From NCBI GenBank assembly GCA_963799775.1, contig CAWCYD010000003.1, forward strand, positions 448,001 through 512,000: a stretch of DNA of 64,000 nt, in the 5' to 3' direction. Made by a program: the position numbers and the translations under genes. The stretch is from an uncultured archaeon. Its GTDB lineage: Archaea; Thermoproteota; Nitrososphaeria; Nitrososphaerales; Gagatemarchaeaceae. This document shows, piece after piece, positions 42,324-51,105 of this stretch (positions are counted from its first letter, which is position 1; the number at the start of each line of letters is the position of its first letter). Below the pieces are notes generated by a model. The model saw only the letters and a list, made by a program, of their open reading frames with translations, was not told the DNA's origin and made no database searches.

Positions 42324-43565
42324 CTATTCTTTCTGACCTCGAGCGCCTGAGGAAGCTGGTTGAGAAGACTCAAGAGAAGCAATCCTCTTCTGAAGGCTCA
42401 CGATGAGCTCCATCATGGGCTTCAGCTCCTTGTCCTTCTCGTCCCTAGCTATCGCCTCGTTGAAATCAAGTGAGACGTGCGGCTCGATCCTGAGATAGGC
42501 CTGTCTCAGGTCTTCGGGATGGACCTGGTCTCTGTCGTCGTAGACGGCCGCGATCCCTCCTTCGTGCCCCATCATCTCCTCGACGAAAGCGGACTTCACC
42601 CCGCAGTGCTCGGCTTCGGTCTTGAAGCTGTGTCGCAGCATGTGGCTCCTCCAGCTCGAGGGTTCTCCGTTCTCGACCATCCCCTGGGCGTGCATCCTCA
42701 AGGCGATCTTCCTCATTTGCTGATTGAGCCACTTTGGGTCGACTCCGGAGCCCTGTAGCTTGCCGGCAAATACCAGGTCAGAGGGCAGGGGTTCTCGCGC
42801 CATTTCCTCCGCCCATCGCTGCCGGAGGAGCCTCAAGTGCTCGATAGAGTCGCGCCCGAGGAACGTGTACCATGGTTTCTTGTGATTCTTCCTTCCCAAG
42901 AACGAGAGCTTCAGTGGATGATCCGCCCTGCGAAGGCCCTCGTCGATGTCCTTCCAACGCAACCCGAGGATCCTGTTGACCTCGCAGCTCGACTGCCAAA
43001 CTAGAAGCAGCGGCGTCCGTATCTGCAGGGGGAGGGCCTTCAGCACCTTGCGGATGTCCTCCGAGCTCAGGGGCTTGTCTCGCGGCTCCCCGTCCGACTC
43101 CGCTATCCTCACCTCCCCGAACAAAGGGCTGTCGTTCCGCTCGTACCACTTCTTGACCGTCGACGCCGCCCCCGCCCTGTAGCTCATCGCGTACCCCTCG
43201 AGCTCCTTGTTGACGAAGGTCTCGAGCCATTCCCGGTGCTTCCTCTTCTGCGCGACGTCCTCCGCCTCCGACCGGTAGATGCACCTCAGATTGTCCGTGA
43301 TGAGCTCGTCGGGCGCCAGGTTCGTCGTCCCCGACCCCTTGAGCCACCTGAAGTACAGCAGGAGGTGGAGCGAATACACGGATTGCACCCTCACCTTCCC
43401 GTAGGAGCTGAGGAATCGCTTCACCGCCTCGCTTGGCCCTATCTTCCTTAGGTTGTTCTCGAGAGCTTTCTGGGCTCTCCGGATGACGGTCGGAGTGCTC
43501 CGACCCGCCTCGATTGCCGTTGCTTGCATGTTCCTATCAGTAAAAGCCTTCTTGGTTGTGGACAT
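42324..43565 (-). CDS. Tyrosine recombinase/integrase
   Basis: HMLRHSF, MMGH and catalytic Tyr (AVYD); box I is atypical (SSCEVNR). Confidence 0.88.
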   Translation of the reverse strand: MSTTKKAFTDRNMQATAIEAGRSTPTVIRRAQKALENNLRKIGPSEAVKRFLSSYGKVRVQSVYSLHLLLYFRWLKGSGTTNLAPDELITDNLRCIYRSEAEDVAQKRKHREWLETFVNKELEGYAMSYRAGAASTVKKWYERNDSPLFGEVRIAESDGEPRDKPLSSEDIRKVLKALPLQIRTPLLLVWQSSCEVNRILGLRWKDIDEGLRRADHPLKLSFLGRKNHKKPWYTFLGRDSIEHLRLLRQRWAEEMAREPLPSDLVFAGKLQGSGVDPKWLNQQMRKIALRMHAQGMVENGEPSSWRSHMLRHSFKTEAEHCGVKSAFVEEMMGHEGGIAAVYDDRDQVHPEDLRQAYLRIEPHVSLDFNEAIARDEKDKELKPMMELIVSLQKRIASLESSQPASSGARGQKE

Positions 43566-43616
43566 TTGCCCCCGCCACGTTTATATTGGTTCTTGCGCCA
43601 ATTGGCACTCACGGGC

Positions 43617-43907
43617 ATGAGCAGCGGCGCAGACGAAGGGGGACAAGGTTCCGGGATGGGAGAAGGCTCTCAGCCACGCCAAAAGTTCCCCGGTCAGGCC
43701 TCGAAGGAGAAGCCCGTCAAGGTTGGAGAGGAGATAGAGGTCACAGTTTCCGAAGTCAGCAGAAGGGGCGAGGGCGTCGCCCGAATCCAGGGATTCGTCA
43801 TCTTCATCCCCAACACCAAGCAGGGCACACACGCAAAGATCCGAATCAAGGAGATCCGGCCGAACTTCGCCACGGCGGAGCTGATCGAAGGCGGCACTTC
43901 TAGCTAG
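43617..43907 (+). CDS. Stand-alone TRAM-domain RNA chaperone
   Basis: KPVKVGEE...RRGEGVARIQGFVIFIP...FATAE. Confidence 0.9.
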   Translation: MSSGADEGGQGSGMGEGSQPRQKFPGQASKEKPVKVGEEIEVTVSEVSRRGEGVARIQGFVIFIPNTKQGTHAKIRIKEIRPNFATAELIEGGTSS

Positions 43908-43921
43908 GATATCGTTTCCTT

Positions 43922-44485
43922 CTACGCGCGCCACCAGTCAAAGCCGAGGAAGTCCACCCTTCGGTCCTCCACGTTCACTATCGCGACTATGAACTGCTTC
44001 CTGACCGTAGTGGCCAACCTCCCGGACCTGACCATCCCAGTAGCCGTCACCTGAGCGGTGTCGTTCTCGACCTGGACGAGGTACGGGGCATGGTCGATCC
44101 CAGGCCCATGCTCATAGACCGCGAAGTCAGACCCGAACTTTATCCCAGGGCCGACGACGAAGCCAGATTCTCGCAACAGGCTGTAGACCAGATACTGCTC
44201 CCTGAAGTTAGGGTAGCCCGAGGCGCACAGGGCCTCCACCTGCTTCGCGGATAGCATCTCGCCCTGCTCGCTCTCCACCCGAAGCTTCCTCTTCTTCACG
44301 AGGTAGTAGCTCTCCATCAAGTCGAGGATGAGGGGGGCATCGAACTCGAAGTCCTTGGGCTTTGGGATTCCTAGGGGCTTCCCGTAGTAGGAGTCCTTGA
44401 AGAGCCTCCTCGAGGCCTCCACATCCCAGACCACTATCCTGTTCTCGAACAGCCTGCCGGTCGCGGTCTTTTGGGTATGGGGCAT
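43922..44485 (-). CDS. endA: tRNA splicing endonuclease, catalytic subunit
   Basis: GIKFGSDFAVYEHGPGIDHAPYLV...VRK (Y/H/K triad). Confidence 0.93.
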   Translation of the reverse strand: MPHTQKTATGRLFENRIVVWDVEASRRLFKDSYYGKPLGIPKPKDFEFDAPLILDLMESYYLVKKRKLRVESEQGEMLSAKQVEALCASGYPNFREQYLVYSLLRESGFVVGPGIKFGSDFAVYEHGPGIDHAPYLVQVENDTAQVTATGMVRSGRLATTVRKQFIVAIVNVEDRRVDFLGFDWWRA

Positions 44486-44533
44486 GGCGCGGGCAGTCGG
44501 CCCGAACCTGGCCGCTATATCTGCGTGTCCTAG

Positions 44534-45188
44534 CTAGACACCTAGCGCGACGATTGTCGTCGCGTCAGCCGCTGTCAAGGCGGCGTCGGCAGTGTCCTCG
44601 ATCGCCTGTGCCAGGCCCCTCATCGTGATGAGGTGCCCTGTAACCCTTCACCGACTTGATCAGCTCAGTGATCAGCTCCCTGTGCTTCGCGTCGATCTCG
44701 CTCTCCAGCTTCTGGACCTGGGCCGCCATCTCTATGGACTGGTCTGGGTTGATCGAGAGCGCTCTCACGCAGTCGTTCTGCTTCGAGATGGCCTCGATCA
44801 GCGTGTTCAGGAGCTCACTATAGGCGTCCTTGTACTTCTTGAGTTTGATTACGCTCCTTCTGACCTGGGATAGCTTGAAGGCAGACCCGTTGACGTGTCC
44901 GACGACGCTCTCGATAGCGAAAGCGACTCTCAGCAGGCCCTCCTTGTTCATGAGCAGAGTCCCCACTTGGGCGAGCTCCCTGATCAAGGAGCGCCGGAGG
45001 GTGACGACGTCTTCCTCGGCCTTCTTCACGCGTTCGAGGCATGATTTCAGCGACGCCTTGTCGTTCGAGAGCACCGCCTGAAACTCTTCTCGGAGGACGC
45101 GAGCGGCGTCTGTTACCCGCCGAACTTCGTCTTCTAGGACCAGAAGCGTTCTTCTTCGGGCCTGAAGGTCAGCCTCTGAACCTGACAG
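44534..45188 (-). CDS. DUF47/PhoU-like protein; frameshift
   Basis: Helical repeats (KAEEDV, QKLESEID..R) and C-terminal IEDTAD in a second frame. Confidence 0.7.
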
Positions 45189-45311
45189 TATTTTTTCCCC
45201 GCTCAGGCTATGAATGTTGAGAATATAAAAGGGGCGGAAGGCGTCGGGCCTCCACAGCCCGAAAAGCAAGCGGCACCTAGGCTTTTATCGAAGCCACGCT
45301 AAAATCACTCC

Positions 45312-46616
45312 ATGTTGGGGGCTGGGAGACGTTCGCTTCTTGGGAGATCCCCTGCGGCGACGCTCGCGTTCTTGGTCGTCCTGATGGTCCTCGCAGTCTT
45401 CGCCCCAAGGGTCCATGCGGCAAGCGAGAACTCGAGCGTCCTCGTCGTCAACTTCGACGTCCCCGTCGACCCTGGTTCCTCCACCATGATGGCAGCGGCG
45501 GTCGCCACGGCCAAGTCCACAAACGCCTCGGCCATCGTCATCGAGATGAACACGCCCGGCGGCTACCTCAGCGACATGCTCGGCATCGTGTCGAGCATCC
45601 AGCAGGCGAACCAGTCCGGCATCCCCACCTACACCTACGTCCCTCCCGACGCCCTCGCCGCGTCGGCGGGCAGCTACATCGCCATGGCGAGCAACGGGAT
45701 CTTGATGGGTCCGGGCTCGGAGATCGGGCCGTCCACCCCGATAGTCGAGGGGGGCACCGCGCTGGAGCAGAACCACACGGAGGACGCGATGATCTCGCTG
45801 ATGGTCAGCCTCGCCGACATGTGGGGGCGGAACTCGACAGCCGCCCAGGCCATGGTGGTCTCGGACATCGCGTACTCTGCCGCACAGGCGTATCAATACC
45901 ACCTGACCGAGGGGAACGCCACCACCCTCCAGGGCGCGCTCTCGCAGTTCGGGCTCGGCCCCAGCTACACCGTCGTCCAAGAGGGCGTCTACGACCAGTT
46001 CCTCAGCGCGCTCAGCGACCCCAACCTCTACGGCATCCTGATACTCCTCGGGGCCTTCGCCATCGTCCTCGACCTCTGGCACCCGACGTTCGTCCTCTCG
46101 ATCGCGGGCGCCATCGCCCTGGTCGCGGGCCTGGTCGGAGCCGAGGTCGTTGGCTCCTCGTTGCTGGGCCTGGTCGTCATCTTCACGGGCGTTGGGCTCA
46201 TGTTCCTGGAGCTCAGGCTCGGGCACGGGTTCGCCATGATGGGCGGCGCCGTCGTCGGGGCTGTGGGCGTCTACCTCCTCTTCCAGGGGGTCCAGTACTC
46301 CTCCTCAACTATCATCGACTATACCCAGGTGGAGGCGGTCGTCTTGGGAGCCGTCGGAGTTTTAGGGGGGCTCTACATCAGGTGGGTAGTGGGGCCGTTG
46401 AGACACAGGCGGAACTTGACCGGTTCGGAGTCGCTGGTAGGGAAGCGCGGCGTCGCAATCTCGCCCACTGAGGTCAGGGTCGACGGCGTAATCTGGCGCG
46501 CGCGGATCGACTCGGGCGAGCTCAAGAAGGGGACCCAGGTGGAGGTGAAGGCGGTCGAAGCCCTGGTCCTCCGCGTGGTTCCGGTCGAAGAGAACCGCGC
46601 GCTCGATGCGCTCTAG
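45312..46616 (+). CDS. nfeD: NfeD-family membrane-bound ClpP-class serine protease
   Basis: MNTPGG and AASAGSYIA; TM region; C-terminal OB fold (VRVDGVIWRA). Confidence 0.9.
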   Translation: MLGAGRRSLLGRSPAATLAFLVVLMVLAVFAPRVHAASENSSVLVVNFDVPVDPGSSTMMAAAVATAKSTNASAIVIEMNTPGGYLSDMLGIVSSIQQANQSGIPTYTYVPPDALAASAGSYIAMASNGILMGPGSEIGPSTPIVEGGTALEQNHTEDAMISLMVSLADMWGRNSTAAQAMVVSDIAYSAAQAYQYHLTEGNATTLQGALSQFGLGPSYTVVQEGVYDQFLSALSDPNLYGILILLGAFAIVLDLWHPTFVLSIAGAIALVAGLVGAEVVGSSLLGLVVIFTGVGLMFLELRLGHGFAMMGGAVVGAVGVYLLFQGVQYSSSTIIDYTQVEAVVLGAVGVLGGLYIRWVVGPLRHRRNLTGSESLVGKRGVAISPTEVRVDGVIWRARIDSGELKKGTQVEVKAVEALVLRVVPVEENRALDAL

Positions 46617-46695
46617 CTCCCTCGATTCTGGCGACCAGTAGACCGACAGAACGCCTATATGGGGCGTCGGCCTTCTGGGGTCTTGATGAATTGAT

Positions 46696-47541
46696 TTGGT
46701 GGATGTAGCTTCGCTCGCCGTAGAGGTTCTCGCTGTCCTCATCGTCTTGGGGATCCTCCTGAGCGGGGTTCGCGTGCTCCGCGAGTGGGAGAGGGCGCCG
46801 ATCCTGAGCCTCGGCAGGTACAAGGGCCTCAGGGGTCCTGGCATCATCTACGTCGTGCCGTTCATCAACAGGGTTCCTTTCGTCATATCGACCCGTCTCC
46901 AGACGGTTTCCTTCAAGACGGAGCAGACCTTCACGAAGGACAACGTCCCCGTCGTGGTCGACTCCGTGATGTACTTCCAGCCCGCTGACCTGCAAAAGGT
47001 GGTCCTTGGAGCTGAGAACTATATGGTCGCGACCCAGCTCGCGGCCCAGACCACCCTCAGAGAGGTGATAGGTCAGGTGAGCTTCGACGACCTCCTCACC
47101 GAGCGCGAGAAGATTGGGGCCAAGGCGCGAGAGGTGATAGACAGCAAGACGGAGGTGTGGGGCGTGAAGGTCACGGCCGTAGAGATAAGGGACGTCGGGA
47201 TTCCTTCCGCGCTGCAGGACGCGATGTCTAGGAACGCCCAGGCGGAGAGGGAGAGGAGGGCGAGGGTGACTCTCGCGCTCGCCGAGTTCGAGGCAGCTCA
47301 GAAGATGGTGGACGCCGCGAACCTCTACGCGAACAACGACAGGGCCTTCCAACTGAGGTGGATGAACATCATCTACGAGCTGGGACTGCAGGGAAAGAAC
47401 ACGATCCTTCTCATCCCGTCAAACATCCCCATTGCAGGGACGGTTGCAGGGACGACCGGTGGGTCGACTATCGCGCCCGTGGGCGTGCTGGGCATCCAAG
47501 AGCTGGCGAAGAAGGCACAGGCCGCTTCGGACGATAAGTAG
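46696..47541 (+). CDS. SPFH/stomatin-family protein
   Basis: GPGI, TKDNVPV, AQTTLREVIG and AQAERERRA; usual partner of nfeD. Confidence 0.92.
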   Translation: MVDVASLAVEVLAVLIVLGILLSGVRVLREWERAPILSLGRYKGLRGPGIIYVVPFINRVPFVISTRLQTVSFKTEQTFTKDNVPVVVDSVMYFQPADLQKVVLGAENYMVATQLAAQTTLREVIGQVSFDDLLTEREKIGAKAREVIDSKTEVWGVKVTAVEIRDVGIPSALQDAMSRNAQAERERRARVTLALAEFEAAQKMVDAANLYANNDRAFQLRWMNIIYELGLQGKNTILLIPSNIPIAGTVAGTTGGSTIAPVGVLGIQELAKKAQAASDDK

Positions 47542-47715
47542 CCTCCCAAAGGCTGTAAGCCAGCGGCTTCTCACGCCTTCGACTGGACGCGCTTCTGCAC
47601 CGAGTACATCTCTAGTATTGCAGAGAAGGCCGAGAGCAATCATGGCCGAGGCGGTTTCAGTAGCACCGTTACGGCGGTTTTCTCTATCAAGCTCTAAGCT
47701 TTAGGAGCATACTTG

Positions 47716-48288
47716 CTAGCTCGACAGAGTGAGAATCGTCTGAGAAGAGTATCCGCCGATGTATAGATCAAGAGTGTACTCGCCCGCCGTGATGAGAACG
47801 CCGTTTGATGTGGTAACAGCGTCCCAAGAGGTGTTCCATGAATACGACTCCCCTCGGCCTAGCGAAACCTGCGAAAGTGGGGAAATCTGCTGGTGGAAGA
47901 CAACGCTCCCTTGCTCGTTCGTGATTGTCATGTTAGAGAAGGATACCTGTGCGCGAGAAGTTGAATTGTCGTTCACGAGAATCCCCTCGAAACTCACAAC
48001 GCTGCCCACCTTCGCCACCTCTGAAAAGCACGTGATTAGAGTCAGACCTGCGGCAAAAGTGCTGGACTCGTTTTGCCCCGACGGACACGTCGGCAACCCC
48101 GTCGCCGAACCCACAGTCGCTGAAACTGTAATCGCACTGCTCGTTGCTCTAGCAGCCGAGGCACCCGTTGAGGTAGAAGCTAATGGCGTCGTTGTAAGGG
48201 ACCCTGTCGTTGTCACATCACTACCACCGCTGCCCGAAAGATTGGATAGGACGAGCACGCCAGTAGTCACAATCAGGGCAACCACCAC
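47716..48288 (-). CDS. Cassette 3 gene: membrane-anchored Ser/Thr-rich protein with a beta-sandwich-like domain
   Basis: N-terminal TM, Thr/Ser linker and YSWNTSWD...AGEYTL; start may lie a few codons upstream. Confidence 0.7.
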   Translation of the reverse strand: MVVALIVTTGVLVLSNLSGSGGSDVTTTGSLTTTPLASTSTGASAARATSSAITVSATVGSATGLPTCPSGQNESSTFAAGLTLITCFSEVAKVGSVVSFEGILVNDNSTSRAQVSFSNMTITNEQGSVVFHQQISPLSQVSLGRGESYSWNTSWDAVTTSNGVLITAGEYTLDLYIGGYSSQTILTLSS

Positions 48289-48464
48289 AACAATGACAAT
48301 CTTGTTCAGGGTTAATCACACGCGCACCATTCTTGCGGTAGAGCCTGTGGTTGAATTGGGGAATCCTTCGGGATAAAGTCTTCGGACTTTCCTACTGTTG
48401 TTTGGATTGGACTCGTTTTTGTAGACCGTACATCTCTAGCAATGCGTTCGACTGGCGGTTGATT

Positions 48465-48677
48465 CTACTTTTCCATCTTGTCTTTTGCCAAAAAGCTCCA
48501 AGACAGCAAGATTAATCCGAAAACAAGAAAAATCAAACCGGAATAAAGATAACCGTAATCATGAATGGGACCAGTGCAACGCCCCTGACAGAAAATCTCG
48601 TAGGGGTAGCCCACAATCATAATGTAAATTCCAAATAATGAAAGCAGAAGGCCGATGACTAACAATGATATTCTCAA
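48465..48677 (-). CDS. Cassette 2 gene: small two-TM protein with CxxxC loop
   Basis: Two hydrophobic helices around FCQGRC; AT-rich codons. Confidence 0.7.
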   Translation of the reverse strand: MRISLLVIGLLLSLFGIYIMIVGYPYEIFCQGRCTGPIHDYGYLYSGLIFLVFGLILLSWSFLAKDKMEK

Positions 48678-48865
48678 GATTGGCTACCTCTCGACTGTTC
48701 TACTCTTTGCTAGCGTTCTGAATAAGTGCTATCCACCTGTTCAAGGATTCCGGGCAGGCTATCTTCGGTCCTCAGGGCACGCTCATTGTTGTTTTGATTG
48801 GACGCGTTTCTGTAAACAATACATCTCTCCCTGATTCTTATGGCTGTAACATATCGGCGGAAGTC

Positions 48866-49102
48866 TCAGGGTTTTCGCCCTAACTGGACATTCTCGTCTA
48901 TAGTGAGTTCGTGTTCGTAGTCGGCATCTTCGTATCTTATCATTTGGCCTCCAACGGCAAGAATTGCACCCTGTTTGAACTGCATTCTCCTCCTGATGAC
49001 TTGTGGCTCAAGCACTTCGATCTCTGCCGGATGCTCTGCTAGGAACAGTGTCCATCCCTCGCCGAGATACTGGCCGACTTTGTGCAATGTGAGATACGTC
49101 AT
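48866..49102 (-). CDS. Cassette 1 gene: small soluble hypothetical protein
   Basis: 78-aa ORF co-oriented with lig and contained between two repeats. Confidence 0.5.
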   Translation of the reverse strand: MTYLTLHKVGQYLGEGWTLFLAEHPAEIEVLEPQVIRRRMQFKQGAILAVGGQMIRYEDADYEHELTIDENVQLGRKP

Positions 49103-49245
49103 TCATTGCGACCGAGGATACTCAATCCAATTTGGGTCAAGCACGAGTTCCGTGAAGCTGATGAAAGTAGTCGCGCGACCCTGCATGAAGTTAAGCAATT
49201 GCGGATTGATTTAGCCTTGGTGGCCGGCTTAATCATGCGCCGGAT

Positions 49246-51015
49246 TCACTTTTGTTTTGATTGGACGCGTTTTTGTAATCCATACATCTCGACCAGCTCC
49301 TTCACGGTCGTCGCGTCTTCCGGCCCCTTCTCGTCGCGTATCTTGCCCGTGAACTTCGGGAACCTCAGGGCGAGGCCGCTCCCCTCCCTCATCTTGTTCA
49401 TCGCCGCCGGGTGGACGGGGGAGAGGGTTATCTCCGAGGCGATCGTCTCTATCACGACCTTGGGCCTGTACCAGACGTCCGGCACCAGCTTTGATTCCAC
49501 GTTCGGCGGTCTGACCAGGCTCTCGTAAGGCTTCAGCAGCTTTGGGAACCTCTCCAAGTCCGCGTCTGAGAAGCCGGTCCCTATCTTCGTGACGCTCGGG
49601 AACGTCTTCTTCTCCGAGTCGTACGCGGCGAGCAGGTAGGCACCGTAGACTCCCGCCCTCCTCCCCCTGCCGTGGAAGGCACCGATTATCGCCAAGTCTA
49701 TCGTGTCGGTGAGCTCGCTGCTGTACTCGCGCTTCAGCTTGATCCAGCCGAACTCCCTGGCCCCGGCCCGGTATGTCCCGTCGGGCTTCTTCGCCATTAT
49801 GCCCTCGCAGCCCTCGGTGATCGCAAGCTCCATGAACTTCTCCATCTCGTCGGCGGTCTCCACCATCTTCGACGGCACGGGACGCGTGAACTCCGTCACC
49901 TCGACTATCCTCTGGAGCTCCGCCCTCCGCTTCAGGTATGGGAGCGACGTGATGTCCTTCCCGTCCACGTAGAGGGCGTCGAAGAAGTTGACGGCGACGG
50001 GGTACTTCTTCATGGCCTCCTCGATGCCGTGCTTCCTCCTCCTGTGCATGAGCTCTTGAAACGGAAGGTACTCGTTGGTGTCCGGGTTGATCGCGACCAC
50101 CTCGCCTTCGAGCACGGCGCGCTTCGACTTTACGTGGTCTCTTACGAAGCGGACGACGTCCGGGTAGTTGGCGGTGATCCTCTCGAGCCTCCTTGAGAAG
50201 ACGTCGACCTTCTCCCCGTCCTTGTGCATCTGGAGCCGCTCCCCGTCCAGCTTGTACTCGACGGCCACAGGCTTGCCTATCTGGTCGAGTATCGCCTGGG
50301 CCGAAGGCAGCCTCTCGGCGAGCATGGGCCTTATCGGCTTGCCGACCTCCAGGTGGATCTTCTCGACCCCTGCCAGGCCCTCCCCTGCCGCGACCTCCAC
50401 CACGTATCCGAGGTCGGAGGTGACGTTGTACGCCCTCTCGAGCGCCTTCCTGTTTGTCTTGCCCCCGAGGTGGGCGACGGCCACAGCGTCCAGGATGGTG
50501 TAGTCCGCGACCCCGAGCCGAAGGACGCCCATCGCGGTCCTGAGGATGTACTTCGCCTCGAGCGGCGTCGCGTCGTTCAGCAGGCTCACTAGCTCTCTGA
50601 GCTTCGACTCCACCGAGCCGCCGCCGCTCGTCTTCGCTATCTTGAGCAAGGACTCGTAGACCCTTCTGAGCGTGAGCGGCTCCGCGACGAGGGGCCCCTG
50701 CCTCGCGCCGCCGCCGGAGGAGAGCAACGCCTGTCCCGCGCTACCGATGTCACCGGCCTTGATGTACGCCTCTCTCACCTTCTCAGGAGACTTTCCTGAA
50801 GCGGTCGAAAGGGCCCGGAGCGCGAACTTCTCGGCGATGCCTAGCTCTATGCCCTCGTAGTCCGGACGGAGCTTCCCCTGCATGAGGTACACGAGGGTCG
50901 GGAGCTCGGCCTTGGGGGTCTCCTTGAAGAGAGAGGCAAGGATATCGGTCATCTCCAGCCTTCCCTGCGTGCCCTCCAGCTTCTCGAAGTATTCTGCGAC
51001 GAGCGAGTACTTCAT
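49246..51015 (-). CDS. lig: ATP-dependent DNA ligase
   Basis: EYKLDGER, VLEGEVV, EGIMAK, WIKLK and ALRFPKF. Confidence 0.97.
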   Translation of the reverse strand: MKYSLVAEYFEKLEGTQGRLEMTDILASLFKETPKAELPTLVYLMQGKLRPDYEGIELGIAEKFALRALSTASGKSPEKVREAYIKAGDIGSAGQALLSSGGGARQGPLVAEPLTLRRVYESLLKIAKTSGGGSVESKLRELVSLLNDATPLEAKYILRTAMGVLRLGVADYTILDAVAVAHLGGKTNRKALERAYNVTSDLGYVVEVAAGEGLAGVEKIHLEVGKPIRPMLAERLPSAQAILDQIGKPVAVEYKLDGERLQMHKDGEKVDVFSRRLERITANYPDVVRFVRDHVKSKRAVLEGEVVAINPDTNEYLPFQELMHRRRKHGIEEAMKKYPVAVNFFDALYVDGKDITSLPYLKRRAELQRIVEVTEFTRPVPSKMVETADEMEKFMELAITEGCEGIMAKKPDGTYRAGAREFGWIKLKREYSSELTDTIDLAIIGAFHGRGRRAGVYGAYLLAAYDSEKKTFPSVTKIGTGFSDADLERFPKLLKPYESLVRPPNVESKLVPDVWYRPKVVIETIASEITLSPVHPAAMNKMREGSGLALRFPKFTGKIRDEKGPEDATTVKELVEMYGLQKRVQSKQK

Positions 51016-51105
51016 CAGCGGCCGTCGTGTCGGACGGCCTGACCGTTATAACCTGTTTTGGAAATGTCGCCCCTGCCCTCCAAACTTAAAACGCCACCCT
51101 GAACG

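Larger units (their letters stand above)
18274..43586. mobile_element. Integrative element / provirus-like island (boundaries approximate)
   Basis: Housekeeping genes are absent and small orphan ORFs dominate; excisionase-like HTH at the left end and tyrosine integrase at the right; helicase, ParB, TA and restriction genes inside; ACGTTTATAT at 18274 and 43577. Confidence 0.8.
47571..49290 (-). repeat. Four direct repeats of the DNA ligase 3' end delimiting three gene cassettes
   Basis: Copies at 47571-47612 (EMYSVQKRVQSKA*), 48392-48436 (EMYGLQKRVQSKQQ*), 48783-48827 (EMYCLQKRVQSKQQ*) and 49246-49290 (EMYGLQKRVQSKQK*); shared core GAGATGTA. Confidence 0.93.

Noticed and set aside
47571-49290. 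The lig-tail repeats as a CRISPR array
   Set aside because: Spacers are 350-780 bp and contain genes, the repeats vary at synonymous positions, and no cas genes are present.
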